DNA of 64,000 nucleotides from Squalus acanthias (lineage: Eukaryota), in assembly GCA_030390025.1 (NCBI GenBank), contig CM059431.1:137146001-137210000 (forward strand), written 5' to 3'. This document shows positions 59,520 to 64,000 of this stretch, one piece after another; the stretch's first letter is position 1; every line of letters starts with the position of its first letter. Below the pieces are notes generated by a model that saw only the letters and a list, made by a program, of their open reading frames with translations, did not search any database and was not told the origin of the DNA. A program made the position numbers and the translations under genes.

Positions 59520-62500
59520 TTGCAGGATCCCGATACACTGTGAAATCCCAAACACACCTAGCAGGATCCTGATACACTGTGATAGCTCATAGACACATGG
59601 CAGGATCCTGATACACTGTGAAACATCATACACACCTGTCAGGATCCAGATACAGTGTGAAACCTCATACACACCTGGCAGGATCCAGATACACTGTGAA
59701 ACCCCATATAAAACTGGCAGGATCCTGATACACTGTAAAACCCCATACAAACCTGGCAGGATCCTGACACACTGTGAAACCCCATACATACCTGTCAGGA
59801 TCCTGATAAATTGTGAAACCCCATACACACATGGCAGGATCCTGATACATTGTGAAACCCCATACACACCTGGCAGGATGCTGATACACTGAACAAACTC
59901 CATAAAAACCCGGCAGGATCCTGATACACTGGGAAACCCCATACAGATCTTGCAGGATACCTGATACACTGTGAAACCCAATACACATCTGGCAGGATCT
60001 CGATGCGCTGTGAAACCCCTTACACACCTGGCAGGAACCTGATACAGTGTGAAACCCCATACACACCAGCCACGATCCTGATACACTGTGAAACCCCATA
60101 TAAACCTGGCAGGATCCTGATATACTGTGACTCCCCATACACACCTGGCAGTATCCTGCTTTACTGTGAAACCCTATACACACCTGTCAGGATCCTGATA
60201 CACTGTGAAACATCATACACACCTGGCAGGATCCAGATACAGTGTGAAACCTCATACACACCTGGCAGGATCCAGATACACTGTGAAACTCCATATAAAA
60301 CTGGCAGGATCCTGATACAATGTGATAGCTCATAAACACCTGGTAGGTTCCTGATACACTGCGAAACATCATAAACACCTAGCAGGATACTGATAAGCTG
60401 TGAAACCCTTTACACATCTGGAAGCATCCTGACACACTGTGAAACTACAAACACACCTGGCAGGATCATGACAGACAGTGATACCCCATATACACCTGGC
60501 AGTAACCTGATACATTTTAAAACCCCATACACAGCTGGCAGGATCCTGATACACTGTGAAACCCCATACACACCTGGCAGGATCCAAATATACTGTGAAA
60601 CCCCATACACACCTGGCAGGAACCTGATACACTGTGAAAACCCATACACACCTGGCAGGATCCCGCTACACTGTGGAACCCCATACATACTAGGCAGGAT
60701 CCTGATACAGAGTGAATCCCTAAACACACCTGGCAGTATCCCGACACACTGTTGAACCCCGTACAGATGTCAGGATCATGATAAACTGTGAAGCCCCATA
60801 CACCTGGAATGTTCCTGAGACACTGTGAAAACCCATACACACCTGGAAGGATCCTGCTACACTGTGAAAACCTATACACACCTGGCAGTATCCAGATACA
60901 CTGAGAAACTCCACTCAAACCTTGCAGGATCCTGATACATTGTGAAACCCCAAACACACCTGGCAGAATCCTGACACATTCTGAAACTCCACTCAAACCT
61001 TGCAGGATCCTGATAAACTGTGAGTCACCAATACGCTCCCGGCAGGTTCCTGACACGCTGTGAAACTCCGTACTCACCTGGCCAGATCCTGATACACTGT
61101 GAAACCCCATACACACAAGGCAGGATCCTAATACACTGTGAAACCACATGCACAACTGGCAGGTTCCTGATACACACAGAAACCCCATACACAGCTGGCA
61201 TGTTCCTGATACACGGTGGAAACCCCTTACACGACTGGCAGGATCCTGACAAACTATGTAACCCAATACACAATTGGCGGATTCTGATACACTGTGTTAC
61301 TCCATACACACCTGGCAGGACCCTGATATACTGTGAAACTCCATACACACCTGGCAGGATCCTGATACACTGTGAAACTCCATACACACCTGGCAGGATC
61401 CTGATAAACAGTGAAACCCCATACACACCTGGCAGGATCATGATAAACTGTCAAACCCCATACACACCTGACAGGATTCTAATAAAATCTGAAACCCTAT
61501 ACACACCTGGCATAACCCACATACACTGTGAAACCCTATACACACCTGGCAGGATCCAGATACACTGTGAAACCCCATACAAAGTTGGCAGGATCCTGAT
61601 AGACTGTGAAACCCCATACAAACCTGCCAGGATCCTGACACACTGTGTAACCCCAGACACACCTGTCAGGATCCTGATACACTGTGAAACTCCTTACACA
61701 CCTGGCAGGATCCTGATACACTGTGAAACTCCATAAACACCTGGCAGTATCCTGTCACATTTCGAAACTCCATACACACATGGCAGGATACTGATACACT
61801 GTGAAACCCCTAACGCACCTGGCAGGATCCTGATACACTGTGAAACCCCATACACACCTGGCAGGATCATGATAAACTGTCAAACCCCATACACACCTGG
61901 CAGGATTCTAATAAAATCTGAAACCCTATACACACCTGGCATAACCCACATACACTGTGAAACCCTATACACACCTGGCAGGATCCAGATACACTGTGAA
62001 ACTCCATACAAAGTTGGCAGGATCCTGATAGACTGTGAAACCCCATACAAACCTGCCAGGATCCTGACACACTGTCGAACCCCGTACAGATGTCAGGATC
62101 ATGATAAACAGTGAAGCCCCATACACCTGGAATGTTCCTGAGACACTGTGAAAACCCATACACACCTGGAAGGATCCTGCTACACTGTGAAAACCTATAC
62201 ACACCTGGCAGCATCCAGATACACTGAGAAACTCCACTCAAACCTTGCAGGATCCTGATACATTGTGAAACCCCAAACACACCTGGCAGAATCCTGACAC
62301 ATTCTGAAACTCCACTCAAACCTTGCAGGATCCTGATAAACTGTGAGTCACCAATACGCTCCCGGCAGGTTCCTGACACGCTGTGAAACTCCGTACTCAC
62401 CTGGCCAGATCCTGATACACTGTGAAACCCCATACACACAAGGCAGGATCCTAATACACTGTGAAACCACATGCACAACTGGCAGGTTCCTGATACACAC

Positions 62501-64000
62501 AGAAACCCCATACACAGCTGGCATGTTCCTGATACACGGTGGAAACCCCTTACACGACTGGGAGCATCCAGATACACTGTGAAACTCCATACACACCTGG
62601 CAGGATCCTGACACACTATGTAACCCAATACACAATTGGCGGATTCTGATACACTGTGTTACTCCATACACACCTGGCAGGACCCTGATATACTGTGAAA
62701 CTCCATACACACCTGGCAGGATCCTGATACACTGTGAAACTCCATACACACCTGGCAGGATCCTGATAAACAGTGAAACCCCATACACACCTGGCAGGAT
62801 CATGATAAACTGTCAAACCCCATACACACCTGGCAGGATTCTAATAAAATCTGAAACCCTATACACACCTGGCATAACCCACATACACTGTGAAACCCTA
62901 TACACACCTGGTAGGATCCAGATACACTGTGAAACCCCATACAAAGTTGGCAGGATCCTGATAGACTGTGAAACCCCATACAAACCTGCCAGGATCCTGA
63001 CACACTGTGTAACCCCAGACACACCTGTCAGGATCCTGATACACTGTGAAACTCCTTACACACCTGGCAGGATCCTGATACACTGTGAAACTCCATAAAC
63101 ACCGGGCAGTATCCTGTCACATTTCGAAACTCCATACACACATGGCAGGATACTGATACACTGTGAAACCCCTAACGCACCGGCAGGATCCTGATACACT
63201 GTGAAACCCCATACACACCTGGTAGGATCATGATAAACTGTCAAACCCCATACACACCTGGCAGGATTCTAATAAAATCTGAAACCCTATACACACCTGG
63301 CATAACCCACATACACTGTGAAACCCTATACACACCTGGCAGGATCCAGATACACTGTGAAACTCCATACAAAGTTGGCAGGATCCTGATAGACTGTGAA
63401 ACCCCATACAAACCTGCCAGGATCCTGACACACTGTGTAACCCCAGACACACCTGTCAGGATCTTGATACACTGTGAAACTCCTTACACACCTGGCAGGA
63501 TCCTGATACACTGTGAAACTCCATAAACACCTGGCAGTATCCTGTCACATTTCGAAACTCCATACACACATGGCAGGATACTGATACACTGTGAAACCCC
63601 TAACGCACCTGGCAGGATCCTGATACACTGTGAAACCCCATACACACCTGGCAGGATCCTGATACAGTTTGATACACCATACAGAACTGGCAGATTCCTG
63701 ATATACTGGGGAACCCCATAGACACCTGGTAGGATCCAGATACTCTGCAAAACCCCATACACACCTGGTAGGTTCCTGATGTACTGCGAAACATCATAAA
63801 CTCCTGGCAGGATCCTGATACACTGTGAAAGCAAACACACATCTGGCAGGTTCCTGATAGACTGTGAAAGCACACACACTCCTGGCAGGATCCAGATACA
63901 CAGTGAAACCCCATATACACCTGGCAGGTATCAGATATACTGTGTAAACCCATACACACGTGACATGATTCTGAAACTCTGTGACACCCCATTCACACTT
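59520..64000. repeat. 39-bp intronic minisatellite, more than 110 copies, running off the window, with higher-order blocks
   Basis: Unit GGCAGGATCCTGATACACTGTGAAACCCCATACACACCT. Blocks 60745-61500 and 62068-62860 repeat, and ~428-bp blocks start at 61435, 62797 and 63225. Confidence 0.98.

Noticed and set aside
59493..63992. Many Cys/His-rich ORFs resembling zinc fingers
   Set aside because: 13-aa-period translations of the 39-bp repeat in several frames, with no C2H2 spacing or TGEKP linkers.
59520..64000. Array of V(D)J recombination signals (each 39-bp unit has CACAGTG on the minus strand; 7+23+9=39)
   Set aside because: The nonamer position reads ATGGGGTTT, not ACAAAAACC, and no 12-spacer nonamer fits either; the length match is coincidental.

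Overview
Eukaryotic vertebrate DNA, most likely from a cartilaginous fish (shark or ray), judged from HE1/V-SINE, Deu-domain SINE, shark-type CR1 and Penelope repeats. Much of the window is CR1 LINE debris and minisatellites. Four things stand out. (1) 0.4-4.8 kb is a decaying RNA polymerase III cluster: one nearly intact vault RNA gene (minus strand, 3271-3353), an inverted truncated paralogue with the same upstream promoter (plus strand, 479-538), and tRNA pseudogenes (Asn, Val, Glu, Lys, probably Tyr). (2) About 6-16.3 kb is a decayed LTR/retrovirus-like element. Its envelope gene has an early basic cleavage site and a long Cys-rich TM subunit (paramyxovirus-F/lokiretrovirus-like layout), and it is split by a young CR1 with an uninterrupted 983-aa ORF2. 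(3) A plus-strand NLR (NACHT-LRR) immune gene starts at a CpG-rich NRF1 promoter near 19.9 kb. It has candidate 5' exons, duplicated promoter-like blocks at 35-50 kb and four N-terminal death-fold exons at 52.9-59.3 kb; the NACHT exon lies beyond the window. (4) Several TSD-flanked fold-back Penelope derivatives carry minimal hammerhead ribozyme motifs on both strands. All assignments come from reading the sequence and recalling family consensuses; no searches were run, and repeat boundaries are approximate.
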